Assembly (NCBI GenBank): GCA_950097015.1
Contig: CATNEN010000011.1
Location: 558,001-622,000 of the forward strand
Direction of reading: 5' to 3'
Source: Macrostomum hystrix
Lineage: Eukaryota > Animalia > Platyhelminthes
Length of the DNA: 64,000 nt
Position 1 is the first letter of the stretch; each line of letters opens with the position of its first letter. The notes under the pieces were generated by a model that ran no database searches, was not told the origin of the DNA, and worked only from the letters and a program-made list of their open reading frames with translations. Below are positions 1 through 12,000 of the stretch, piece after piece. Made by a program: the position numbers and the translations under genes.

Positions 1-163
1 GCAGACGGCCCAAATATCCAGGGCCTTGGGTCTCAGAGCCCTCCTCGTCGTCGCTCAGCACGGCCTGACTGTCGGGCAGACGGCCCAAATATTCAGGGCC
101 TTGGGTCTCAGAGCCCTCGTCGTCGCTGCACTGGGTCAGTTCCGTTAGAAACGACGTGGGCAT
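1..163 (-). CDS. Partial second ORF of the EnSpm element, acidic with a 25-aa repeat (3' truncated by window edge)
   Basis: ATG at 163 opens MPTSFLTELTQCSDDEGSETQGPEYLGRLPDSQAVLSDDEEGSETQGPGYLGRL...; a 75-bp unit repeats at 1 and 76. Confidence 0.4.
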   Translation of the reverse strand, partial: MPTSFLTELTQCSDDEGSETQGPEYLGRLPDSQAVLSDDEEGSETQGPGYLGRL

Positions 164-717
164 AAGGTCGTCGAGTAGGTGAGCCTAGTCTATTTGTTGA
201 TTGGAGGGGCCTCCATAATTGCCGTCCAATGTTGCGCTGTAAACTTGTGAAAAGTGTTTCAATGTGTAAGTGAGTGAACCGAATAGTGAAGTGCATTGAT
301 GCATTCATGAAATAATGACAGAAGTGAATACACTTTCGATCGCTAATTCTCAACATCGAATGTTTTATTTATTTTTTATTTTGTATTTTTCAGTAACGGA
401 TAAACTCAAGCAGCAGAACAGCAAGTTTATAATAATTAAAAAGAGTAATTAAGATTCAACGTTGGAGAAACATGTACTTTATCACGTTGTCAGCGCTGGG
501 TAACACGGGTCCTTCATAAAGCGGACACACTGCTCAAATCAAGGCGTCATAAACTCATATGCCCAAACTCTACTAGTACCTAGTCATTGAGTCCTTAAGT
601 TCAAACTGAAAATTCTGAGTTCAAGCAAGTCGCACTGCCGGCAATGCCAAAAAATCATTATCTCGTACAGTATCGTTATCATCCTCGCACAACCGCACCA
701 CGGAACCATTGGCAGTT

Positions 718-3405
718 TTATTGGAACCCCAGCTGTACATGCGGCAGCACAGCGATTTTAGTGCCCGACAATACGCATGCGCCGACTACATCACAAGCCG
801 GCACACGCATTGTCCGATCGAAATTCGTGCTGCTGTCGAAGGGGTCCGCTAGAAGAGATTGCACATGAGCGAAAGTACAACCACGGTTCGCCGAAGTTGC
901 AGGAACGGCGCACAGCGATTCCAGAGGGTCGACAAAGGCATCATCTACTGGCAGTATATGAAGCGTCAGCAGCACTTCTTGGCCCTCCTTGTCTATCGCG
1001 GCGACGTGGCCGAAAACAAAGGACCTGTCCTCGACAGACCACCAAACAGCGACGAAGCAGCTGCACAACTTCAAAGCGGCGTAGTTTTCCGCCGGTCGGA
1101 ACACCTCGATCGTCTGTCCAGACGGAATCGTGACTGCAGTCCAGCAATTCAAACTGTTTGTCGGGCGTCGTAAGACAACTTCGCCGCAAACTTCGGTTTC
1201 GAATTGCCTCCTGACACGCTGATCAGCGGCCAAATCACCGACCAGGAGACCCCGCATCTGGAGAGTCCCTAGCTCTCTCTCAACTGCTCCTACTAGTTCT
1301 ACATCGGTTCGTCGAGTTCCATGCAGGCGATCTCGCAATTTCTGGTGCATGGTCTCGAATAAACCTGTTGACAATTTGTGCACAGGTCCGGCCAACTGCG
1401 CACCAGTGAGCAAGTGACAGCACACGTGATGCGCGTTGTATGTCAACGCCCGTTCTGAGTACAAGCGAGACAGGTTGCTGTGGAAATGTCTTAATTACAC
1501 TTCCACGTGCCGCAGTTCACTTCTCGGTGCGCCCTCAAGACCCAGTTAGAAGACTGCAGACGACAGCAGCAGGAAGTGCTCGTAGTGGGCCTGAGGTAGA
1601 AATTCCTCGAGAATAATAGGGCCAACAGCAAGCAGCCACACTTCTAACTCGTGGCCACGGAGGTGACGAAGATCCTTCATGAGTCGCACGGCCTTGCGCT
1701 GGACACAGCTGGGCAGTTTTATTGACTGCAGTCGCAGCTGCACTTCGGGCAGGCTGGCATGCAGATCCGGGCAGTTGGTGTCGCCTCGGTCCGGTTTCTC
1801 AGCCCTGACTAGAAAGAGCTGGAAGACGATGTACCGAACGATCCCGCAACACACCACATGAAGATAGCACGATGGAGTGCCCCGCATAGAATCAAATCCG
1901 CAAAGTCGACTGAGAGGAGTGCATCCGCGCACTCCAAGAGTGTCTGTGCGAAAGTCGCGTCCGTTAAGCGCATGGTTGCGTGCCAAGGTGATGGTGTCGT
2001 GCATGCACCGGACTACTGTCTGCTGACAGCCCAGTCGCCTTGCAGCGTGCTGCATCGCCGGTGTCAATCCGACACTGTAGACTCGGCCATGACGAGACGG
2101 ATGCTGGGCTGTTTTAATGTAGCATTTTTCGCAACCGAAGGTCGCCGAAAATCGTCGCATGCACAAAGCATCCGCCCGAGCTGGAGCGTCGAACATGGCT
2201 AAGATGGTGTGTACGCGCAGACGACGCCGCACGTTTGTGCTGTCGACGTACTCAACGCCTTCCAGGCGTAGTTCGTTGAGCCTGTCGACTACTATGGGCA
2301 AGAACCCGGCCGGATGAAGCTTGGTGACACTGCCGACACAGATGGCTACCTTCACAACAAATCTCAGCTTCACCCTATCTTGCAATTCGTTGATGCTCAG
2401 GTAAAGTGCGTAGACTTCAACGTTGCTCGTCGTGCGTACAGGGAATCCATCGCCACAAATTGCGGCAGACAGGTCGCTGCGAGAAGCGGTGTCGATGCTG
2501 TCCAGGAAGTCTGCATACACTTCTCCGTTCCGCAGGTGCAAGACGTCTGGATTAATTTGGGTATCAGCTGGGAACTTCACGTGCTCCAGCAAACCACGGG
2601 ACTCAACTAGTATTTTCAGCTGCTTTCGTATGTCGAAGTGCCAGAAATTGCCTATTTTTGACGAGCCACAACTCAGACACCTGTCATCAGGTGAACGGCA
2701 CTGCCGATCAAGAGTGTGTGCATGGCAGTCATTGCAAACAACTGCGCACGCAGTAGAACCCGCCGTAGATTGACAAGAATTCATTGTGTTGCGTGCTGTT
2801 CGGCCACGTCTAGGCAAGCGGCAATTGGGAACGATGCGGTGCAGCATTGTCAGCATGCGCGTTAAGCCTCGGCGTGATAATTTAAAGTCGTCAGCACATG
2901 ACAGGACTTCGGCCAGAGCTTCCCCAACAGTCGCAGGGAGCGCCGGGTGCCACTGCAACTTGTCTGTGGGTACGGGCAATTCGTCCTGCGAGCCGTCGTC
3001 GTTGCCGGCGTCGTCCTGCGAGGTGTCGTCGCTGGCCGAGTCGTCGTTACCGGCGTCGGCCTGCGAGCCGTCGTCGCTGGCCGCGTTGTCGCCTCCGGCG
3101 ATATCCTGCGAGCCGTCAGCATCGACTGAGCAAGCAGTAAAGATGGGTGAAATATTTATTTAGCGTCATGAAGAAATATATAAAGTATACTAAAGTGAAA
3201 CGTGTTCTACGCCTATGCATTTTTTCTGTTGTCACTAAAAAGATTCTGCAATGTTGACAAAACACTCACTTGAACCTGCTTCTTCTGGACGCTTCGAGCT
3301 TGACGGCTCATCCGCAGTCGATGCAACCGGATCCAACCTACGCTTTCGCGCTTGCATGTACCGGCGCATGTAGACTTTGCGGCGGCTTTTCGCCTGCTCG
3401 TCCAT
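718..3405 (-). pseudogene. EnSpm/CACTA (Transposase_21-like) transposase with two in-frame TAA stops
   Basis: Exon 3405-3270 (MDEQAKSRRKVYMRRY...; donor GTGAGT) splices in phase 1 to 3125 (acidic repeat, then ORF 1546..2979). Motifs: CxxC, ICGDGFP, MFDAPARA..F..TFGCEKC, YLHVVCCG, TYNAHH, STGLFE. ORFs 1546..2979 and 718..1464 share a frame, separated by 27 codons with TAA at 1546-1548 and 1495-1497. Confidence 0.8.
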
Positions 3406-4452
3406 TTTGCCACGGAGAGGGCAGCTAGAAAAAGTGAAACAACTTTACAGTACATGAATTTAAGACGCCGTTCGATCATCCGCCATCACTTTAAAATGCG
3501 GCAAGTATCGTGACGGCATTCATCATGTTATTTACTAACTCATTTTTTCAGCAATTGCTACGAAAATTGGAAGAGGGAGGACGCTGAAGGATCGGGAATG
3601 TATTTAATGATAATAGGCGCACTTACTTTTCTCTACCTAGCGAAGGGAATGGATAATGTTTAAGAAACCGAAAGAATGCAAAATGTCATAAAGTCGTTAT
3701 TAAGTACTGGAATTGTATTTTATTTCCTGTTTTAAGTGATTCAGTGACTGTAATGACTGCAATGAATACCATGACTACAAGAACAAGCAGTGATAAAAAA
3801 CAGAACGACACACTAATAACAAAGACAAACATGACGAATCATATAACTCATAAGCAATTTATAGTATAGTCCGATTCGTACGCCGCGTTTGATCCGACCA
3901 ACTGTGGGATATAATACCGGGTTATTAACCGGATGAAATTCCGGGTGAAGAGATACGCCTACCCGGATTTCACCCGGTTTTTTTCCTATTTTCACCCGCT
4001 ACGGCTCAGGAAAGAAGGAGGTCAAAATGTCGGCTAAAAACCGGATCAAATTAAGTCCAATTACCATTCTTCATCCGAGTTTCGCCCGGTTTATAAGCCG
4101 ATTTTCCGCCCGGAAAGCAACTCCGGATGAAAACCGGATGAAACCGCTTTTCATCCGGAAAATGACACTTTTCGGATTAAAATCGGACCAAATTCGGCTA
4201 AAAAGGCCACACGGGTAGATACATGAAGCAGAATGATTATTAATTTGTTACTCAGTTATGTAAGTATTGATATGCAGTAATTTATTCCTTTTTTAAATAT
4301 TATTAATGATATGGAGTTTTATATTTAGAGTTTAGGTTCCAAAAGACAAGATAAACCATGCATTTATCTTAGTCCTTTACATAAACATCAGGCTTAAACT
4401 TTTATATTATATGATGGTAAATCTGAAACACTTATCCGATTCAGCCAGCACC

Positions 4453-4890
4453 ATGTCCAGCAGTGGCAATCCGGGCAGCAAGAAGAACATCCAGGAGGCC
4501 GTCAATAGGTTCAATATGTTGCGCGATGAGCAGCGCCAGATTAGCATGCAAATCAACCAATTGGAGATGGAGGCTCGCGAGCACAATCTAGTTATAGATG
4601 TCCTGCAGAAGGTGGAGCCGAATCGCAAGTGCTACCGCATGGTTGGTGGAGTGCTAGTGGAGCGATCAGCTGGCGAAGTTCAGCCAGTTCTAGCCAGCAA
4701 CCGGGACAACATGCTGGCTCTGGTGGAACAGTTAAAGCAGCGCTTAGAAGCCAAGGGTAGGGAATTGAATGAGTTTAAAGAGAAGCACGGCATTCGATTG
4801 GCTGGCGAGAGGCCCAGCGAAGCTGGCGGTGGCGGCAGCGACAAAGCTGACGGTGATGGCGGCTCCAGTGGTGGCGTACTTGTTGCGTAA
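4453..4890 (+). CDS. PFDN2: Prefoldin subunit 2
   Basis: Single-exon CDS with EAREHNLVIDVL..VEPNRKCYRMVGGVLVER and C-terminal GGVLVA, typical of PFDN2. ATG at 4453 chosen over the longer ORF start at 4411. Confidence 0.93.
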   Translation: MSSSGNPGSKKNIQEAVNRFNMLRDEQRQISMQINQLEMEAREHNLVIDVLQKVEPNRKCYRMVGGVLVERSAGEVQPVLASNRDNMLALVEQLKQRLEAKGRELNEFKEKHGIRLAGERPSEAGGGGSDKADGDGGSSGGVLVA

Positions 4891-5689
4891 TCCCTAATCT
4901 GATCTGATATTTCTATTAGCCACTTTAAAAGGGTTGCTTTTTATCTAAACAAAGCAGAAGTTTGTTTCGAATAATAACATAAAATAGTCTCATCTTTGTG
5001 CAGGGCTTAAACCATCTTAAAAGTTATCTCTTGTCACCATGGCAACCAGATGACTTTTAATAATTTTTGCGATGGCCCAGTTTCGTATTAATTGAATAAT
5101 GATATCAGTGTTTAGTTCAGTGATTTGCTTGGAGAGCCTAATAATATAATTGATACTAATATACGCAAACCGCCGATCAATCTGTCCCCCAAGAATATCT
5201 ATGTTCTGTTTCCTGTGTTTTATTACAAATGCTGCTCTTTCGCTTTGCATTGTCTTGTTTGTCTCGTTTGTGCTTTTTTTGCTTTCTGATGTTATTTTTC
5301 CAACGTTTCTCACCATAACTGCTCTAGGTTGCTCTGTTTTTTGTTACGGAAACGACTTGTAGCATCAATATTAAATTTAGAAATGTGACTTTAAAGCAGT
5401 TAAAATTAAAAGTGACTTGAAAAACGAATATCTTAGTTAAGTTATATAGTGATCAGCTCGACGGTTTGGTAAAAACATTTTTTTGAGTTTTATTATTATT
5501 TATTTTCAGGATTTTCAAACATTTAGCACTTATCTCGCACATCACGTCTACTGAGTACTATTATATGCCGTAGACTGTTATCCAGATCCCAATCTCGTAT
5601 GATCCAATCACAATCTCACCAAAGACCCTGCGGACTAAATAAAATGAGGTATAATTTAAATGTACGTAGGCCCTTATAATATTATCTTC

Positions 5690-5955
5690 TCACAATAGAT
5701 TATGATCAGATCCCGGTTCATTGTGATCCCTTCACAATATACTAATATCTAGACCCCAGTCCACTATTATCCCCTTACAATTGACTCATATCTAGATCCC
5801 AGTCCACTATTGCCCCCTTACAATGGACTAAAATCTAGATCCAGTCCACTATTATCCCCTTACTATGGAATAATATCTAGATCCCGTTCCCCTGTGATCC
5901 CCTAACAATAGACTTCAGATATTCAATATCTCAATTCCCCTTACAATAGACTATC
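5690..5955. repeat. Degenerate ~41-bp minisatellite (~6 copies)
   Basis: Recurring ATCTAGATCCCAGTCCACTATTATCCCCTTACAAT(A/G)GACT. Confidence 0.7.
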
Positions 5956-6021
5956 CTCCATCTTCACAATCCTATGTACATAAAGTAAACAAATTATTCC
6001 AGATCGCCACAGCCAGTTGAA

Positions 6022-9000
6022 ATGGCGGGCGCAGCGGGCAAGACTTCATCAGTTGCATCATCTGGTGACAAGATCCAGACCCTGCTTCGCTGGTGCCAGG
6101 CCCAAACCGATTGCTATCCGGGCGTCAAGGTCACGAATTTCACTAGCAGCTTTCGCGACGGCCTAGCATTCTGCGCCATATTGCATCGATACCGGCCGGA
6201 TCTGATCGATTTTCATTCGCTACAATCGGCCGATTGGTTGGCCAATAATCAATTGGCGTTTCGCGCTGCTGAATCCGTTGGCATACCGGCCCTGCTGGAT
6301 GCTGAAGACATGGCCACCCCAGAAAAGCTCAGCATCATCACCTATGTGGCCTATATGAATATGCACCTGCGGGGCAAAGATACGAGTAAGTACATATTTT
6401 TTAGAGCATTCTCGGCTAGGCTTCATGTGACTAGGTAGTATGCCGTTTACATATATTCAGTTGGCCAGGTAGAATGCCAGTTAAATTATCCAAATGGCCA
6501 GGTAGAATGTCAGTTAAATTATCCAAATGACCAGGTAGAGTGTCAGTTACATCATCCAGCAGACCAGATAGAATGTCAGTTACATCATCCAGCTGACCAG
6601 ATAGAATGTCAGTTACATCATCGAGCTGACCAGATAGAATGTCAGTTACATCATCCAGCAGACCAGATAGAATGTCAGTTACATCATCCAGCTGACCAGA
6701 TAGAATGTCAGTTACATCATCCAGCTGACCAGATAGAATGTCAGTTACATCATCCAGCTGACCAGATAGAATGTCAGTTACATCATCCAGCTGACCAGAT
6801 AGAATGTCAGTTACATCATCCAGCAGACCAGATAGAATGTCAGTTACATCATCCAGCTGACCAGATAGAATGTCAGTTACATCATCCAGCTGACCAGGTA
6901 CAATGTCAGTTACATTATCCAAATAACCAGGTAGAATGTCAGTTACATCATGCAGCTCACCAGGTAGAATGTCCAATCCAATTGTTGCAGAAGGCGGTCC
7001 AACTGTTAACATGTTCTCAAGTGGCGGCACTCAGCAGCAGCAGCAGCAGCAACTGCAGTCTGGCGCTTCTGTGGTACTTCCTGAGTCTTCTGTCTCCGCA
7101 TCGTCAATCGCTAAGGTATGTGTTGCCAGGTATATAAAAGTTTTTTAGTTAATAGTAAGATTGCGAAGCCTTTGTACGAGCGTATATTTATGCAGATTCA
7201 TAAATTCTCGACCTGCTTACATAACTGAAAATATATTATAATTCTGTGTAAGATTTAAAGTATTCCTACTCTACGAACTTACGTTTTTCTTCTGCTAGCA
7301 TGTCTAATCCACCTTACAAATGTCTAATGTCTAATCCAGTATGATTTACTAACACCTTACTAATCGTCTAATTTTGTTTTACCAGGCTCGTCATAATTGG
7401 CAGATCTAATAAAAACTATCTACCAAGCCAAAAATATTCAATAATTTACTTTGTTACTCTTCGTGCTGTAGGACTGGGCAGCATTTCATTGTCACGTGAC
7501 TATATAATATTCTTTCTACAGATTATTGCCTTTTCACCCGTGCTTTTCAAAGCTTTTTGGACTAATTTGGGCACTATTGACCAATATTAGCTCATTTGGC
7601 GGTCAACTTTATGCACACAACATTTCCTAGACACACTCGTAGTCTGCTTTAGTTAGCTAGGTTATAATAGTACCGTTATTTGTGTGCTTGCAACTCTCTA
7701 AGTAAAATATGTATACTTTTAGCATTCTCAGTTTTTGTACAAGCAACATATTTTTAAAAGGATTGTTTTAATTCCTATCATTTAGGGGTGCGAGATTGAC
7801 AATCCTATCATTTAGGGGTGTGAGATTGACAATCCTATCATTTAGGGGTGTGAGATTGACAATCCTATCATTTAGGGGTGTGAGATTGACAATCCTATCC
7901 TTTAGGGGTGTGAGATTGACAATCCTATCATTTAGGGGTGTGAGATTGACAATCCTATCATTTAGGGGTGTGAGATTGACAATCGTTTAGAAAGTCCTTT
8001 TATTCAGTTTAGTAGGTCTGTCAGCGTGCTTTTATTTCTTTAAGAAGGGTAAACGTTGCTGCAATTTACAAGCGGTTGAAATTTTTCAATTGTTCGTTTC
8101 TTTGAAGCTTTAAAATTACCGTTCAGTTCTTTAAAACGACAGCTCATTGTCCGAGGTAGCTTGTACATCACCATTATTAAAAAGATACTATTTGCGTCTC
8201 ACTAATTATCACGTTTGGTATGCTTTTACTTGTAGATTTTCCCAAAAATATGTCTGCTTCATTGAATCCTCTGACTGTTTTATGTTGATTTTATTCTTTT
8301 GGATTCCAGTGCTTACGTAATTACTGTGTAGAACTTTTCAAATCGTAAAATTTTTTATATTTCAATCAACTGCTTACCTAAACCTTAAAGTTTAAGTAGA
8401 AATTGTTTTTTGGCTTGCTGTCTGACCTTGATTTTTATTTCGCTACCTTTTTCTAACCAGTTACCATTAGTATTTGCCCGTATTATATATATATTAAATA
8501 TTAATATCCAGGTATATATATCATGTTAACCAATTTACTAGATACATCAATAGAAGATAATTCAAATCTATTGATGTATCTTATCACTAGGACCTAGTTA
8601 AATGACTATTCCATCCCAATGACCTAGCTAAATTATCCCATCCCAATGACCTAGATAAATGATTATCCCATCCCTATGACCAAGTTAAATGATTTCTCCA
8701 TCCCATCCCTACGACCTAGTTAAATGGTTATCCCATCCCATCCCTATGACCAAGTTAAATCATTATCCCATCCCTATAACGTAGAAGAATAGTTTTCTCA
8801 TCCCTATGACCAATGTAAGATAGCTTTCCCAATCGAAATTCATCAGTAAAAGTGTTAATCCATTCCCTGTATGCCAAGGTGGTTTTTCATCCCAACCTCC
8901 AATATCAGTGGCGGCTACCCTCTTGATTTTCTGCTTAGTGATGAAGTTTTTGTCTAAAGTTTCCTCCCTGCCCACTTGCCAGAAACCCGGCACCTATTGC

Positions 9001-12000
9001 GCTATTTGCGACGGCGACGTCTTCCTACTGCAGCGAGCTGTCGACACAAGCGGACGTCTATGCCATCGTCAGTGCCTACTGGATAGCCGGCGCGGCGATT
9101 TGAGACGAGCCGCCACGGAGGCGCTTGAGAAGCGACGCCGCTGTGACAATGTGGATAATGACGGCGTGGGCGGCGCTGCGGAGGCGCCTAGCGACAACCG
9201 ACCCCAATCGCAGATTGCTGCGCCGTTTGCCCAGGCCGAAGAAGACTTCAATGACGCCGATTTGGTCAAGGCGTCGGCAAATTCGTCGTCCAGTTCAGTC
9301 GTAGCTATTCCGGAATCTGCCCAAGCAAAATCCAACTCTTCGGAAATTTCTACTCCGCCAGATTCCACAGCTGAAAATGCAGAAACTTCTGCTCCGGCAG
9401 ATTCCACGGCTGCAAATGCAGAAACTTCTGCTCCGGCAGATTCCACGGCTGCAAATGCAGAAACTTCTGCTCCGGCAGATTCCACCGCTGCAAATGCAGA
9501 AACTTCTGCTCCGGCAGATTCCACGGCTGCAAATACAGAAACTTCTGCTCCGGCAGATTCCATCGCTGCAAACGTTGAATCTTCTGCTCCGGTGGATTGC
9601 ACTAATGTGGAATCTTCCAAACCAGCTGATTCCGCCGCAAACCCAGAAAATTCTGCTGAGGCAGCTTCCTCTCAGTCTTCCACTATTCCCGCCCGCATTT
9701 CTGCCCTCTCTCCTAATTCTACCGGCCTCCCAGTTCCCCCTGCCGCGTCTTCTCCGTTCGGTTCGCCGACTTCCACGCGTCGATCCAGTCGCAAAGCGGC
9801 GCCGGCTCCGCCGCCTCCGTCGTCTTCCAAACTACCGCAGCCTCAGCTGGCCAGATCTGCTACCTCCGTGTCTGTGGCGTCGGCCAACAGGAAGAAGATG
9901 ACTGTCGATGTTGATCATTATCCGGAAGAGTTCAATCCCTTTAGGTATGATTAGACAGTGCATAAAATGAAATGCTAAAATTACCAGTTTAAAGGTGATG
10001 GGCAAATACAGTAAAGTTAAAGCTTTAGATAAAGTTATTATAATAAGAGGCAGTGCTAGAATGGGATACGGTAAGAGATGAAAAAGAAAGAAATGAGAAA
10101 GAAAACGGGGGTCAGTCACAGAATGGTTAACGCGTTTGCCTCTCGCACCAAGGTCCCTGATCTCAATTCCGCGGCTAGGCGCATTCATTTGGGGTGTAGC
10201 CACGGAGAGAAGGCTTGGGGGCTTGTCGTGCAATTTACGCCCGTGATGGCCAACCTCCAAGGCACAGTGAGAGTGTACACTGCCGGACGATGAGAAGGTC
10301 AGGGTAGATGTTCACACCTAAGCGTATGCCTGCGTACGGTATCAGGGTGCGTGTGTGCTCAGGAGTCAGTGAAATGGGCAGAATTGCCTCCTCGCTAGCT
10401 GCGGGTCCAGTGTCACTAAATGCTGTGCCATTGCCCACAACCCTTCTGCAATTGTTATTATAATATCATTTTTATGAAAATACGATATAGGAGTATTATC
10501 TAAAAATACATTTCTTTCCTGTTGTTATTACCGCTCTCCTTGCCCATTGCGCAGTGATATCTCAGTCCCGTCTGCCGCAAGATCAAAGCCGCCTCCGCGA
10601 CCGCCGCCCGCCACGCGATCGGGCGCGCCTTCGCCGTTCGCCAATGCGACTTATCCGGAAGACCTCAACCCGTTCGGCGAATGGGAAGAGGATCAGTCCG
10701 CAGCTAATCTGGCACAGCAGCAGCAGCATTCCAGACGGTTACCTCCGCAGCGACCGCCAGGTGGGCCGACCGGCTCCGTGGCAGCCAGCGTGTCCCTCCC
10801 GGTCAGCCGCTGCTCATCCATGGAACCGCTGCACCGAGCCGCTAGTCCGGGACCCGGCGGGCCGCTGTTAAAATCCTTTCGAAAAAGTCGCCACGCACCG
10901 CCGCCACCGTCTGAGCAGCAGAAGCAACGGCAGCAACGGCAACAGTCGCCGATGCAAGCATTGAATTCGCACGTTAATCAAAATTCAACGCCAAAATCCG
11001 CTTCAACAGTTGACATTGTATCGTCGGTGCCTGTGTCTGCTCAAGCATCGTAAGTTACCAAAATCTTCAAAACTATTTTCTCTTGATAGAATTTGAAAAG
11101 ATTTGGTCCTTCAAAGGTTTTTCCATTTTTTGTTAAATCACAGATTTACAATTTCCGTTTGGGGATGTTAACAGTAGAAAAACCACGGATGTTTTTAAAT
11201 TTCCACTTTTTCATTTTTCTGTATCTCCTAAAATATTCAAACAATGGCCATGAAAATCCTGAATACGGCCTAAATTTTCAGCTCTATCTGGAACAACTTC
11301 CATAATCACAAAACATCGGCATCGTCTAATTTCCGATGTTTTGTCGTCTTAGTAGCAAATATAACAAACTTAAAAAAATTCTGCTAACAAATTTTAAACA
11401 TGTCGGCAGTCATTGAATATTTTGGATTGATTAAATGATTTTTTTCATTTATCTTTTATCAAGTCATATGGATTTGCCAAAGAGGTTTTATGCAGTGCAA
11501 TCTTTTCCTTGTCACCAGGGACTCCGAGAAGAATTGCTACTGTTTCACATTTATGGATCAAAATCAATTTATTTCTTTGATTCTGGGCTTTATTTCCGGT
11601 TATTTTCCGTTTGGGGATTTAAATTTCCATTTTGCAATTTTAATCCCAAATCGGGTTCCCATCTATCTCGCAGTCCGCAGGACACGCCCTCCGGTAGGCC
11701 CGGGCATCCATTAGCCTCCGATCTGCATCATCGCTCGTCATCGCGACTAAAAGGTCCCGCTCCGCCGCGGCCCAATCAGACAGAGCGCAGGGTCATCGTC
11801 ACCGAGGCTGTGGAAGAATTCGAAGCTCTAGACGCCATCGAGCGCGAGCTGGCTGTTCTGGGCGAGCGTCAGGCCCAGATTGAAAGCCGGGGTCGGGATC
11901 TGTACGACAAGCTAAAGAAAGGTGTGTTGTGTCTGTATGCATGTAATAGTAACAGTAACTCCAGGAGCAATCGTACATGATTTGGTGACACTAGACCTGC

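Larger units (their letters stand above)
1..4215 (-). mobile_element. EnSpm/CACTA (CMC) DNA transposon, one end captured; continues off the left edge
   Basis: Contains an EnSpm-type transposase and a second downstream ORF. 3860-4215 is packed with (A)TCCGG/CCGGA(T) subterminal-type repeats and ends at GGG(4213-4215)|TA, i.e. 5'-CCCGTGTGG on the minus strand. The terminus is inferred because the other end is not visible. Confidence 0.6.

Noticed and set aside
1495-1548. Nuclear stop-codon reassignment (TAA read as sense)
   Set aside because: TAA terminates several host genes here (PFDN2, MICALL, CCDC66-like), so the code is standard.
6431-7030. 199-aa ORF with LRR/pentapeptide-like GQLDDVTDILS repeats; also ORFs 7796..7990 and 31712..31912
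   Set aside because: Translations of intronic 33-, 30- and 21-bp minisatellites.
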